Below, piece after piece: positions 37,711 to 51,300 of a stretch of 64,000 bases of DNA. Source of the stretch: Yuukianura sp. NJ FZ-2021. Taxonomy: Eukaryota. How positions within the stretch are numbered: the stretch's first letter is position 1; every line of letters begins with the position of its first letter. Made by a program: the position numbers and the translations under genes. The stretch is from contig CM102284.1 of the NCBI GenBank assembly GCA_046563655.1, positions 8,246,001 through 8,310,000 on the forward strand, written 5' to 3'. Under the pieces are notes generated by a model, which worked only from the letters and a program-made list of their open reading frames with translations, was not told the origin of the DNA and did not search any database.

Positions 37711-39055
37711 TTACGGAGCATAAAAAGTGTTTTCGCTATCTGACATCATGGATTTGGCTGGCGTGCCTGGAATGATATCTGATTCTGCGTAGTCCTCTTG
37801 CTCCCGTGCACTTCTGAGGTCACCCTGCCACTTGTTTGGAGGCTTTTTACTGTGGATTACCCACATTGTAAAACAGAAGAGAATTAAGTAGATGAACAGA
37901 AGAATTGCAATGATGAATCCATGCAGAATGAACTTCAGAAGAGCCCGTTCTTTCAAAATCAGCTTAAAGATGATGTCACCACAGCCCTGCAAAATATACA
38001 AAAACAAAGAAAAAATTGAAAGCTCGGTTCATAAAATAAAATTTTATTAACAAAATACTTACCTTTGGATTAATGTTATTAGTAACTCTCACAGATTTAC
38101 GTGGCTGCAAAAGCAAGTCTACGTTTAGACATTCGTTCAAGCCAAAGGTAGCGTCCTTCTCGTGAGTGTGATTAACGCAACACTCTTGGGAAACTGACGC
38201 GTTTGGTTTTGGCCACTGTGGGTTAACGTTCCAAACGATATAATCTCGGTAGCTATGAATTCCACAGCAATTGTGCTGAAAACACAAAAGTTGAGTTCAG
38301 TCTCCAGAAACTTTTATAAAAACAAAAACGGATTTACAATGGCTAAATTTGAATTACACTGTTGAAGAAATACTCTAGTTTGTTCATGTAACGAAATCCG
38401 GCCTGTGATCTCATTTCTTTTGTGACGAAATTGAACATGGCGGTTTTAACTGCCGAAGGTACGACGCTCTTGTGAGTCGCAACGCTTCCGATGAACAGGA
38501 AATAAAGTATGGCCAGGATTATGAGAATTGCCAGCTACAAAACAAAAAACATGCAACTGACTTTGATCGTTGAAACTTTCAACTGGAAAGTTTTCAAAAA
38601 TGAAAACTTACAATTACAAAGTATCCAAAGTTTCTGTAGTATCTCAGCCAAAAGATGACGAGGACCATGACCACAATCAAGTAGATTTCCGCAACGAGGA
38701 GGGAGATGCCCAACGGACGTCCATTTCTGTACCGATGGTCACTTGTGACATCCTCGACGATAGTCTTATTATCGTTTCTTGGACGTGGAGGACGAAGTCT
38801 TCCGACGTATACACACATTGTAATGAGGGAGATTGTGGCATAGATCTACAAGATTAAGAAAACACAGATCAATTCATGAAACTGTAACAACTAACATGTA
38901 AATAATTGTCTGTGGATTACGATGAAGAGTGCCGCTAGGATGCAGAGAAGCCAGTCGTACCAGTGCCATCGACGGAAGCGACATGGTCTCGCCACGAACG
39001 CGTTTCTGACTTGTCGTCTGCTCTTCCGAATTCTTCGTCCACTGTAGCCAGTCAT
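37711..39055 (-). CDS. Divergent tetraspanin (tandem paralog)
   Basis: Exons 39055-38921, 38845-38618, 38534-38358, 38275-38063, 37986-37711. Four hydrophobic segments; EC2 reads HNCCGIHSYRDY...ECC...C...GC. Introns fall before HxCCG and before GC, as in the neighbouring gene. Confidence 0.82.
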
Positions 39056-39332
39056 ACCTACAAGAGTTACAGAAATATGAAAACTTTTTCAAAATTTTGA
39101 AAACAGAAACACTTCGCTTTTGTTTTTTAAAACAACATGACATGACACTTGCATTGCAGCGTCACAATTTATTCTCATCACTTCAAGTAATCAATGTTAA
39201 GACGGTAATTTACATCCTAAACGTTCACAATTCGCTCGAGAAAATCCGTCTCCATGGATTTTTTTTTGAAAAAAATTAAAGACATTTTGATACAGAAAGA
39301 TGGATTTCGAATCAAATGAAAATAATTTGGGT

Positions 39333-39340
39333 TATCGATA
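39333..39340. promoter_or_regulatory. Possible DRE element TATCGATA upstream of the tetraspanin
   Basis: Exact palindromic DRE octamer ~280 bp upstream of the ATG at 39055; it may be a chance match. Confidence 0.3.
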
Positions 39341-39505
39341 CCTGAAGCTGTCTTTTAATGTGCTGGAAACTTTAACGTTCGCTGGTAGATGAACCATACT
39401 TAATTAGTTAATTGATTAATTTTAATCGATTAATTGTAAAGTAAAAACAAATGAAACTACAAACGGCGAAGCGTCCTTTGAAATAAATTAACAATGTTAT
39501 AAATA

Positions 39506-39739
39506 CAGTAGAGTTTCCCACTTATGCCATTTGCCAAATACAAAACAAAATACAATTGAACTACACTGGGGTTAGACAATTACATGAGTCTGCGGTCAAA
39601 TTGTCATTGGCAATTCCTCCATTTGCCATTTGGCGTTTCATTTTGCCACTTCACCGCCAATGTAAGGATACGAGTTTTGTAGTTCTCAATTGTATTTTGT
39701 TTTGTATTTGGCAAATGGCATAAGTGGGAAACTCTACTG
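39506..39739. mobile_element. Tc1/mariner-superfamily (pogo-like) MITE
   Basis: ~54-bp perfect TIRs beginning CAGTAGAGTTTCCCACTTATGCCATTTGCC, flanked by TA on both sides. Confidence 0.9.
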
Positions 39740-40438
39740 TACTAGCAGAAGACAGGAAAAGTTGACAGGAGATTATGCGAAGCAGGAAGGCTACACTCCC
39801 TTCCCTATCCTTTCCACGGCACTTCCCTTCCCATACAAAAAGCAAAGGAGAGAAATAGCCCTATGTCGCCTCTTCGCTTCGTATAATCTCCGATCTACTT
39901 TTCTGCTCTCTCGCCTATCTCCCCATGCAAAAGACTCTTTCAAAACTTGAACTTGGAGGTCACGATCATTTGCACAGCTAGTACAACTCACGAATCAACT
40001 CCATCGATAGTACTCCGCCAGCATCTCTTTTGCAAGTATCCTTACACATAATTTAATTATTATGCAAACTATGAATTAATTAGTATAAATTAATTATTGC
40101 ATTTATTAATTAATTCATCTCCTCTATCATTTCTTAGATAAATGTCAAAAGTCCGTCTTGAAAATATCGTCTCGTCTCCATGACAACAGCGAAAAAGAAA
40201 AGAAAACCAAACAGAAAAAATTGTTTTGCTTAGCAGCAGTATCAGCACCATTTTTTACAAAGCGCATCGCAGCAAGGGAGATCGAGCGAGCGTCCTTATT
40301 CCAATTGCGGACTCGTTCCGCTTCCGCTTCTAAATATCAGGAAGCTCCAGTTTCCAACTCAAAAAGGTTTTTGAACAAAGTTCAAATTTTTTGAAAAACT
40401 TGAAATTTGAAATTGAAATTTCCAAAATTTAGACAAAG

Positions 40439-41593
40439 ATGAAGGCCAGCAGCCCCCAAGTTCCCGTATCGAATCCAGTTGGAACTCCAGTCTCTTCCGG
40501 ACCAGGGATGCCTCTGCTTCCGCGTCAAAGTGCCCCCATGGAGTACCCTGCCATGATGGCCATTCCCATGTCCAAAGTACCCCCCTCCATGTTTCGTCAG
40601 GCCCTTCAAACCGGATTTCTGTCCGTTCTGTACGCCCTTGGCCAGAAACCACTCGACCTCTGGGAAAAACAAGTTCGGAGTGGATATGTCAAGAGAATCA
40701 ACGACTCAGACATCAAGTCACTCGCAATTGAAATCATGTCGCCCAACATCGGTACGACTTTCATCACGACTCCGCCTCTTCCTGCGCAGTCGCTCGGCAT
40801 TCGACTCCCAATTGTGATCCTGGTTCTCAAGAATCTGAGACGGTACTTCATGTTCGAAGTTTCGGTTTTGGACGAAACGAAAACAAGACGTCGCTTTGTG
40901 TTCAGCAACTTCACGCAAGGAGCCAAGATTCGTCCATTCTCAACGACTGTGCCAATTCGGCTGGAGGAAGGCTGGAATCAACTGTCGCTGAATCTGAAAG
41001 AGTTGACACAGAAAGTGTATTCGACTGAATACAAAGAAACGCTGCGGATCCAAGTTCACCCGAACTGTCGTCTGCGTCGAATCTACTTTTGCGACAGAGT
41101 TTACACAGAAGATGAAGTGCCGTTGGAATTCAAATTGTCGCTCCTAAATGCTGCTGCTGCCAAAACAGAAGAAAGTCAAAGTTCAGTTGGCTCCACGCCA
41201 ACACCGACCGTCCCTACGCTTGCGCCTGCGCTTACTCCGGTTCCAAAATTACCAAATGTCGTAACTCTTACTGCAACTTCAACAAAATCTCCAAATGTCG
41301 CAACTCCTCCTGCAACTTCAAATGTCGCAACTGCTGCTGCCAATGTGACCAAATTTCTAGATGTCGCAACTACTCCAGTGACTTCAAAATCTCCAAATGT
41401 CGCAACAGGTCCAGTGATTTCAAAATTTCCAAATGTCGCAACATCTCCTACGACTGCCACAAAATTTCCAAATGTCATCGTCTCTCTCAAAACGTCGGAA
41501 AATTCAAGCAAAAACGGAACGTCTACACCAATTGGAAGACTGATTCTAAAAACTACAACTCCGCCGCCTTCCAGCGCACCAAAAAAGGCTTAA
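40439..41593 (+). CDS. CFAP20/Bug22-like protein (divergent paralog) with a Pro-rich N-terminal extension and a Thr/Pro-rich repeat tail
   Basis: Single 384-aa ORF. The core MFRQALQTGFLSVLYALGQKPL...RRRF...RLEEGWNQ...ETLRIQVHPNCRLRRIYFCDRVYTEDEVPLEFKL follows the CFAP20 domain pattern. Confidence 0.9.
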   Translation: MKASSPQVPVSNPVGTPVSSGPGMPLLPRQSAPMEYPAMMAIPMSKVPPSMFRQALQTGFLSVLYALGQKPLDLWEKQVRSGYVKRINDSDIKSLAIEIMSPNIGTTFITTPPLPAQSLGIRLPIVILVLKNLRRYFMFEVSVLDETKTRRRFVFSNFTQGAKIRPFSTTVPIRLEEGWNQLSLNLKELTQKVYSTEYKETLRIQVHPNCRLRRIYFCDRVYTEDEVPLEFKLSLLNAAAAKTEESQSSVGSTPTPTVPTLAPALTPVPKLPNVVTLTATSTKSPNVATPPATSNVATAAANVTKFLDVATTPVTSKSPNVATGPVISKFPNVATSPTTATKFPNVIVSLKTSENSSKNGTSTPIGRLILKTTTPPPSSAPKKA

Positions 41594-42330
41594 GAAGTCA
41601 AGAAAGAAACTTTCAAAAATTCCAAATTCTTACTCAAAATCAAACCTAAATTAAAAAAGCGAAGATAACTTTCTACTTTTTCCATTTTGAATTGATTTAT
41701 TTACGCTTTATGACGACTGTTAATTGTAAATAAATTACGCCAGAGGAGTAGTTATGTTCTTACAATTACAATTACGAGTAACCTAACATTGATTACAGGA
41801 CAAAGAGTAGCTAGTTTTGTAAATTCTAAATTCTGCCGCTTAACCAAACTGACCACCACAAACTTCTCTCTTAAAAGCATGTTACATGGACAACTCAAAA
41901 GATCCAGGGTCAAAGGTCACTTACATTTTAGTGAAAGTAAACTTTCCACAGAGAAGATGAAAACAGAATTTAGTAAAAGAAGAAAGGAACTAAATGGTTA
42001 TCTAAAAGTTAAATTCACATTTAAAGTTAAGTTTCACACTCCTCCCACCCACAGAAACTACGACTAACTCCAAAATCCAACTCCACAAATTCAAAAAAAG
42101 ATGTTTAGTGTTGTACAATGGAAAGTAAGATTAATTTTTAGTTTTTCATTTTGAAATAGAAAGCTACGGAAAAGATTCATTTGAGAGACACATTAGTTGT
42201 AACGGGAGTGGGTGGTGGTCGGTTCAATTTAATTAAGATGAGCAGAAAGTAACTCTTTTTGAAGAAAAGATGGAGGAGACGACGAGTTTTAGTTACAACT
42301 AAAAGTGTTTAAATTCGTTTTCTTCTGTTC

Positions 42331-45300
42331 TTACGAGAGGTGGAAAGACATTTGGCCTTCTTCTGCTGCGACACGGAGACGTTCTCTCATAATTTCAATG
42401 GTCGAGTAGTCGGGCAGTTTGAGATAGTTGACGCATGTCATAACGGAGGGCAGAAACGCATCTTCATCTCCAGTCTCAATCGTCTTCCGTACGATTGTCA
42501 GTTGCGGCTGCAGTGCCTTGAACCCTAAAATCCAAACAAAAACACAATTTAAACTCACTTTTCTCATTTTTTAAAAACTGTTTTCCTAAATTCTTGAAAA
42601 TTTTACCTCCGAAAGGAAGGCGCGGAGATCCAGTGACAAATTGAACAAACTTTCGTCGCTCTTGAGCATCGTACGACCCCATGACTTCAAAGAGGAACTG
42701 AATTGCACGGGACTCAATTGTGTAGCCATGGTCAGCACGACAGCACTCCGCAAGCGTTTTAATATCCCAATTTTCACCAACGGACTGAAAGTTAAAACAC
42801 AAAAATCAAAATTCCACCCGCATCAAAACTTTTTTTTAAAAGTAGCATTTCAAACCTGATTTGCACCACAAAAGACCATCTCCAATTCTTCAGGGTAAAA
42901 AATACGGAGAGAAGAACTAGGAAAGACAGCATCAAATCCCTCACGCCACGACTCCATTTGACGATTTACTCCGCCAATCAGCATCCAGTAGACTACCAAC
43001 TGAAAAACAAACATCAAAACATCAAAATTTTTTCAAAGTTTCGTTAACATCAAAATTTTGAAATTCCAAATCTCACCTTGATATATTCCTCTAAATTGTA
43101 AATGGTGACAGTAGTGTCTCTTCCGCCCTTTCGAAGCTCAATCGTTGGATGTCCCGGGAGGGTGAAATCCAAGCCCAAGTTATCAATTCGACATCCGTCC
43201 AGCGTCAGCGCTTCCAGCGATTCATTCAGCTCTGCTCCAGTGATTCCCGTCTGTTCCAATTTCTTTTTCGCTGAAACGACACTCACAAGTTTCCTAATAC
43301 TCTGAGCTACTGTAGAATCCACATCCGCCATATCAGCCAAGTTGAGAGAAGTCTCTGCTCCCAAAATCCATTTGTATTGAGTCTTGCTCAACGGAACATC
43401 AATCTAAAAATCACAAAAATCACAAACTAAAAATTCTAAAACATCATCAAAATCTCAAAAAATCACCAATTTCAATAGTAATTTTACCATTCGGGAGTCC
43501 ATCACAGCTTTTGCCATAAACTTGCCAATGAATTTAAACTTTGATTTGACTTTGGAGAGTGCCGTAGTTTTGACTGACTTGCCCAATGGTTTGGGGAACA
43601 AACCCACACTAGTCTGTACGTAAGACTTAGACTTCTCTGATGTGATTTCATCTCCAATGGAGGACTCGCAGTGCCAGAGATCCAATTCCTTCTTCTGGAG
43701 TTCCTGAGAGACGAGAGCATAGAACTCCAGCGTCGGTCCGAGTCCAGTCCCAACTTCATTTTCATACTGCACTTCCAAAAGAGGACGGGAGGAACCAAAG
43801 TCTTGCATTAGTTGTTCGGCCTGGGCCAGAATCTGATCACGGGAGATTGTGCGCTTGCGCCGATCCAGCCGAGGAGTCACACGATCCTCTCTCTCTTGAC
43901 TGTTGAGTTCAGGCACGCTGTCCAGAAGACGCTGCAGAGCACGATCTCTGTCGAAGGAAGTTGAGTAGAAGAGCATTTGACGAGTCTCAAACGGGAACAG
44001 GAAGGGACAAGCGTTTCCAATTTGTTGCAACCAGCACGGCAAGTTTCCCGTCATTATCACCTAAAAGTAATTAACAAAATAGTTAATTAACTTAACAAAA
44101 TCATTCATTTTAATTAACTTAATCCACAAGAATTAAAAAGTGCTTACCACTGGATCCTGTAGTTGACGTTGAGCTTTAGCTGCTACTTTCGTGTTGATAA
44201 ACTCACTGTTCGGAATAAGTGGCAGTCCAGGGAGTACTGGCCAGTAGAGGGAATGCCAATGACGAGATATTCCATGAATGACGCGCAGAAGCGTTAGGAC
44301 GGGCAGACTTGGATCTGTAATCGTCACAGACTCCAGATTTGACGTAAGGTACTTGACGTATGGTGGCTCCGGAATAGGAACAATCCCTTCTACAACAAAA
44401 AGCAACAAATCAAAATTTCAAAAACCAACAAATCATTTCAAAAATTAGTTTCTTGATTTTGAAAAAGTTTACCATGCCAGAGAGGATCTTTCTTGGACTT
44501 GATTCCTTTGGCTGAAGGTGATTTGCTCTTCTTGGCTGATTTTGAGGTAGTTGGTGCCAGAGCAGGAGAAACTCCATCCTCACTGAGAGGGCGGTAGTAG
44601 ATTGTGTGCGTTTGAGACCAGATACCAGAGGAACCGATGACGGCCGTTGCAGGGTCAATGAAGTCCCCCTCCAACTCTGAACCGAGATCCATACTTGGAA
44701 CACCAAACTGACGAATGGCTTGGTACACTGTCATATTGTACGGAAGGACTTGGTCATTCATGATGAACTGGAGCTTGTGCCGAGTCGCCCCTTGAGATAT
44801 CACAACCGCAGCCAGGGAGTCATCAATGTCATCGTCACTAATACAAAACCAAACACTTTACAAACATTCTAACACTAAAAACTTAATAAGACAAGTATAA
44901 GTATACCTATTGTCTTCATCCGAATCACCAGAATCTCTTGGCTCTCGTGGACCTAATTTCAAAAAATCAAAGAAAAACTCCCATTATCACTTTCAAATCT
45001 TCACTAGCCCCAGAAAAGTCTGGCCATTTTCCAAAAAACTTTGTACTTTTTTTTAGCACTTACGTCCAAATCCACGCACGATGAGATAGCGCTCAATGGC
45101 TTGGACCAGAGCCAGAGGATCAATCTTCACTGGCCCACCTTTCCACTGTCGGAGACTCGTACAATTTGGATGTCGTTGTAGCACACACTAGGAACACAAC
45201 ATTAATTTTTAAAACCATAACTTACAAAAAGAAAGTTTTCAAAAAAAAATCATTTTTTAAACTTTTACCTTCAACTGATGTGTATTGAAAAAGCGAAGAG

Positions 45301-48300
45301 CGGAGGAAGGTGCGACTCGGGAGTTTCCGGAGCTGGTTGGCACTTCGTGAACCTTCACTTGAAACTGTTCTAACTGTGATAAGCAGGAGTTCAATTTTAC
45401 AACTAACGAAGAAAATCCACTCGTCTTGCTCCCAGTTCCAAGACAATCTTCTAAAGTTTCTCCACTCAGTTCATTCAACTGCAACAAAAACAATTTTTTT
45501 TTCAAAAGTTCATGATCAACGATCTCAAAATTGTTTGAAAACTTCAACTTACGGGGCAATTAGCAAATACGTGTATGAAAGAACGAAGTCGTTGATCCCT
45601 TGTCATCGTGTATCCCTTCGTATCCACGAGGAATCCAAGCAGAGCTCCGATTAGTCCCGAGTGATTTACTTCAAACGGGGAAATGTCAGACTCCAACACT
45701 ACTGTTCTCAATTCCTCCAAAGCAGCCAACACTTTCTTCTCCTAAACACAAAAATCAACTTTTTAGCAAATCCATCAACACAATCATCTAAAAACTTCCT
45801 CTTTGAAAAAAATTCCTTACATGTTTCAAATCTGAAATGATTTCTCCAAGTTTAGGTAAAATTCCATCTCCTCCACAACTGTTCGTTTCCATTCCTTCTG
45901 CTCCAGAACTGCAGTACTTCTGCGTAAATTCAATCGACTGATCCTTGAGCCACGTTTTGATTTGCTCCTTATAAGTAATCGCCAAGTATGCAGAAGAGCT
46001 TGAGGCTCGTGCCAAGTTAATATTTGTTCCACTTGTTGAAGAAGATGGAGTTAGCGCAGTAGCTGATGCTGGAGCAGCATTATTGTTATTATTCGCAGTA
46101 GTTGGAGTTGATCCAGCCGGATTAGGAACACTTCCTCTTGTCCATCTCGATGGATGGAGACTGGCAAAGAATCCACTTGATTTCCCACTCGCTCTTCTTC
46201 CAGAACTTCCAGCAGCACCTTGCGACTGTCCGGACGAAGAAGTTCCACTTTCTTCTTTAGCTTTTCCTCCATTATCAGATGACGAATTCCCTCCACTCGG
46301 TTCATCTTGTCTTAAACGTCTAGATGACGTTGGAATTGGTCTCTTCGAAATACGTTTTCTTTTGAACGGATCGGCTCCAGCAGCTGATTGTTCCGCTTCT
46401 GCCGCTTTCTTCTCTGCTTGTGTCGTAGTTGCTCCATTGGCAACTCCAGAAACTGTAACCGGAGAAGTCACTTCAGAACTTGTATCGAGACTGGAGGCGC
46501 TGCTGAGTCCTCTGGTTGGATAAGCCGGTGATAAAACTTGGTCTGGTGGTGGGACCGGCGGTGGGGCAGCATCGCTGGCTGGCAAAATGATTCCAAGTTC
46601 TGCATCCAAAGTAGTTGGTGGGGCGACAACTGGAAGGTTTAAAATGGAAGCGTCCGGAGTAGACGTGGGAAGTGTTGGTAAACTCATAGCTCCGCAACTA
46701 CTTCCCTGTGGAACCAATGTGCTGGCAGTAGTTCCTGGTGGTTTCGGGGCGGGAACTCCAGTACTGCTGGATGCTGCAAGTATTCCAGAGGCGGGTCCAA
46801 GGATTGTCGAGATTTCGGATTTGATTGGGGATGGTCCAACAACTTCTGAAGTTGAGATGCGACTGATTTGGTGGAAAACGCCTTCTCGTCGGAAATGGAC
46901 CAAGTAGACTTCTGTTAGTTTGTCGATAAAGAGAGTACTCAACTGGAAGGCTCCCACCACAACTTTGAGGTCACTCGAGCCCAACATACTTGCCAAGTTG
47001 TTGGATACTTGTTGTGGTCTTAGCGTTTTCTGCAATGACTCTGGTGGTAGGAAGTGGACAATTCTGAGCAGCGTCTTGACACAAACTTGTCTCACGGCTG
47101 GTCCAGCAGATGAGCTGTTAGCTTCACTCAGCAAGGCGAAGAGAGGTCTCAGAAATGCCAAAGTGAATCCAGGGTGTGACTCCAAATAAGTAGATCTGAC
47201 ATCCTCTTCTACTTTTTCCGTTGACTCAACTGTCATCGGTGCTCTTGGATTGTAGAATGGATTGATCTTGCGCTGAACATGGCGTGCTGTTCCAGTATCT
47301 TCGTTCAACTGCTGCATTCCGAGGAAATCAATTGTGTAAGTTCGAGATTGGAGAGTAAGGCTAATTTCATCTTCTCCAGATTGGTGAGCTGCTTCGATTA
47401 TGCGAGAATCAAAGGCCGAGTAGTTGGTCCATCCTCCTCGATCATCACGCCATTGCCATTGAATGGCATCTTGACACGTCAAGTGTGGGTGTGTCATCAT
47501 AATGTTCACAGCAAAGATTCCATCTTTCGGTAGTTTTGGTAACAGTTCTCCAATGACAGTAACGATTTCCAGGAGTTCTTGGGGATTTCTTGGTACGAGT
47601 TCTACTTCGTCCACAATCATGTCAATGTTGGGTGTTGATGATCCCAGCAGAAGCGATGACAGTGTGCTCACAATGTTTTGTTCAAGCAATTTGAGTCCAA
47701 TTTTGGGGCATCGTGAACAAAGTTGAGCCAGGAGTCGCAAAATCAGAATGAACGTTCCAGTGCTCACAACAGGCGGAGTTACAACGAGCTGCAAAAAAAA
47801 AAGTTTTTAAAAGTTTTTAAAATGTCTCATCTTCACTTTCAAAAATTCAATTTGAAAAATAAATTCTTTTTAAAAAATTCTCTTACCAGTTGTTGCAAGT
47901 TTGCCAGTAGTGTTTGGCTAGCAATTTCTTCCAATCTGGCTTTATCATTTGTAAACGAATCTACCAAGCGACTGAACGTCAGACAAACACTTTCCACACT
48001 TTTCTTGTCCTAAAAATTCAAATATTTTCAAAGTCAAAAATTCAAAACATTCAAAATTTTAGGAATCATCAAGAATTTCGTTTTTCGTTTGTGACTTACC
48101 TGTTCCGTGAGTCTTCCGGCCAAAAATCCAAGTGAATTTGAAATCAAGTGGAACTCATCCGAGTGCACATTTTGACAACAATTAGCAGTTACAGCAAGAG
48201 CTGCTCGTTGAGCAGTGATGCTAAAGAAATCCAAATACGTCAAGCACGCATTGACGCCACCCTGTAACAAAAACAAGACAATTTTTAATCACAAAAATAA

Positions 48301-51300
48301 CATCAATTTTAAAGTCACAAAAATAAGTGAATTCAATTTTTAATCGCAAAAATACGTTTTTCCATCACAAAAATACGTTTTCCCATCACAAATATACGTT
48401 CTTCCATCGCAAAAATACGTTTTTCCATCGCAAAAATAAATTTTTCCATCGCAAAAATTACGTTTTCCAATCATAAAAACACGTTTTTTCAATACTTTTG
48501 AGAGTAAACTTACGGCCAGCAGAATCGTTTTGGCATGACGTCTTGAGAGCATTTCGAGAGCAGTTAAACTCTGTTCCGCCACATCCATACACTGAATAAC
48601 TTGCAACTTCTCCAGAAATACTGGAACAGCTTCTGCTACTACTGGAGTTGAGCGTGGGAGTGCTTCCATCATGTAAGTGAGAGCTCTGCAGGCATGATTC
48701 ATCATGTCAAAGTTGTGTTCCATTGACAGGAGAGTTATGAGTGCTGGAACGGTCTGCTTGACCGGAAATCCAGCCAAAGTGTCTTCATTTCCCATGACGA
48801 GCAGTTGACACATTTCAATTGCAGCTTGGAGCTGCTGTCCTTCATCTCCAGATGCTTGGAGACCTTGGAGGAGTTGCTGAGCCTTGGACACGGTAGAACT
48901 GTTCATCCCTCGATTCAGGAGTTGCTGCATTCTGGGTGCTAATGAGCCAAAAACTAGAAGAAAAAAGTAATCATGAGATTTACACATAAAAAGACTCAAG
49001 TTTACTAAAACACTTTTTAAATTCGACTCACGATGTGGCGGAAGTCCGCGAGCTTCCAAAAGAGCTTGAAGTCTGCCCATTTCTCCTTCGTCTCCGTCAG
49101 ATTCACCAGTGAGCATAGCCAGTCCACGACCAAAGGCAGAAGTAGCTACTGCTGCTGCCGACAGAGAAGATGCTGTTGGCACTCCTTCTGCGCCACTCAA
49201 ACTGCTTGACGCTGCTGCGGCTCCTGATCCTGTCGTTGACGCAGATGACGTTGACTGAACTCCAGAAGATGAAGACTGGCCAGACGTAGATGTTGCAGTT
49301 GACGTAGGTTGAGTACTCATTCCTGCCTCACCAGGCTTCGATAGTCCGCCAATTGCTCCAGAACCTGAACTTGGACCACCACTTCCCCTGCCGCACCTAA
49401 AACACACACAAAAAACATACTTTTTAGTAACTTTTCAGTACACTTTTAGTCTTTCACTATTTAGTTGTTTAGTAACTCCTAACTACTTGCAAGTTACTCT
49501 CCAAAAACAATGAAAAATAAAGTTTTCATGAGTTACCAGCCACACAGAGCTTGTCTTTGTCTTATTCGCTCTCTTTTTACACTCAACTGAACACATTGGA
49601 ACAAATTCCGACCGACATTTCACAAAAACCGTAAAAACTCATTTTAAAATAGTAACTAATTAACACTTCTTTCCTAAAGATTAGGAAACGTTAAAAAACT
49701 ATAAAAATCCACTACTAAACTTTCTCCCGTTTGCTGCCTCTCAGTTGTTGCCTTCAAAACAGGCAAAGTTCCTTGAACCCACAGCAAAGTTTTTGCTGGA
49801 CTCTAAAAATTGTGCCGTGTGTCCTATAGTCTCAAGGTACTCAGTTATGGCCAAAACATCTGCAACAGGAGGCACTTTGGCTCCAATTACTCAACACCAC
49901 GCAGCGATTCTTTGAATTCTCGGATCAATCAAACCTACAACGCAGGTCTGTCGCCAGTCACCAAAATCACAGATGATCCTACAGAAATTCTCACAGAGAA
50001 AACAACACTCTGAGCTCCTGCACCTACTTCGTCATAGCCCAAGACGTAAATTGAAGATGATGACCTTAGGTTGGCTCAATTCTCACTCCAAACCACTCAC
50101 TCTTCTGCACAACTTTCCAACACACAAGATCCCCCTGCAACTAAACAAAGGCATACACAAGGAAATCTAGGCAGAAGTGGAATGAGCTCATGCTGTGGTC
50201 GTGCACACAACTTTGAGCACAGGGCAAAATCATACTCCACAGTACATTTCCCGGTTGAGGTAAGGTTTAACGATCGTCATTGTAGCCGCACAGTGTAGCC
50301 GCCGACGGCCATCTTGAGTGGCTACAATGGGTGGCTACGCCAGAGCGGCAACATTTGTAGCCGCCTGTGAGAAAATTTCCCTTGTCGCCACTCTACTGTA
50401 GCCGCATATGCGAAATAACGCTGGCAACAATGTTTCAGAATTTGGCCAGTCAACGTAAACGAAATCCTCGAATCTAATTACTATTGTCAAGTGCTAACCT
50501 AACCTAACGCCGCGCCTTCGGCGCGGGAAAATAAAGGCTAATTCTCTGAATGAAACAACAAAAAAATAATTAGATTGGCAACCTTTACTTTTTGATTTAG
50601 GAAATCCAAAATCCTGTTATATTTTCCCGCGCCGAAGGCGCGGAGTTAGGTTTTTTAATGTTCGCAGTACGGATTGCGTCTATAGGTTAGGTTATCTTAA
50701 ATTGTTAAGCAGTGTTGCCAGTTTTATTTAGCATGTGCGGCTACAATATGGTGGCTACAAGGCAAAATTTTCCACGAGCGGCTACAAATGTTGCCGCACA
50801 AGTGTCGCCACCCATTGTAGCCACCCAAGATGGCCGCCGGCGGCTACACTGTGCGGCTACAATGACGATCGTTAAACCTTACCTCAACCCATTTCCCTTA
50901 CCACCGTCCACCCACTTGGCAATTCTCCCTTCACAAAAACAATTCCATTATTTAACTCCGATCAACTCCAATCTTCCACCTTCTGCAATAAATTAATAAC
51001 AAAAACTAACCTAACCTTATGCGCCACTCTACCAAAATCAACAAACCAACATACGAACCACACACAGAAAAAAAATTACTGGCTGCAAACTAAACTAACA
51101 AACAGCAACTCACAGAATTCAAATTGCACAGAAATCTCAACTCCAAGCTGCTTCCTTTGTCTCAACTGACGGAATCTAAATACTGGCAGTGGCATTCCGC
51201 CAACAGATCGTCACATTCGACAAGCAAGCTCAGCAGTTAGTACTAAAAACTACACAGTGCTGACCACCAAACCAACACAGGCACAGTGTGTTGAACACAC

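Noticed and set aside
46083..47189. Plus-strand ORFs antisense to the large TRIP12 exon (similar cases opposite CFAP20 and SOCS)
   Set aside because: Shadow ORFs arising from the codon bias of the true coding strand.
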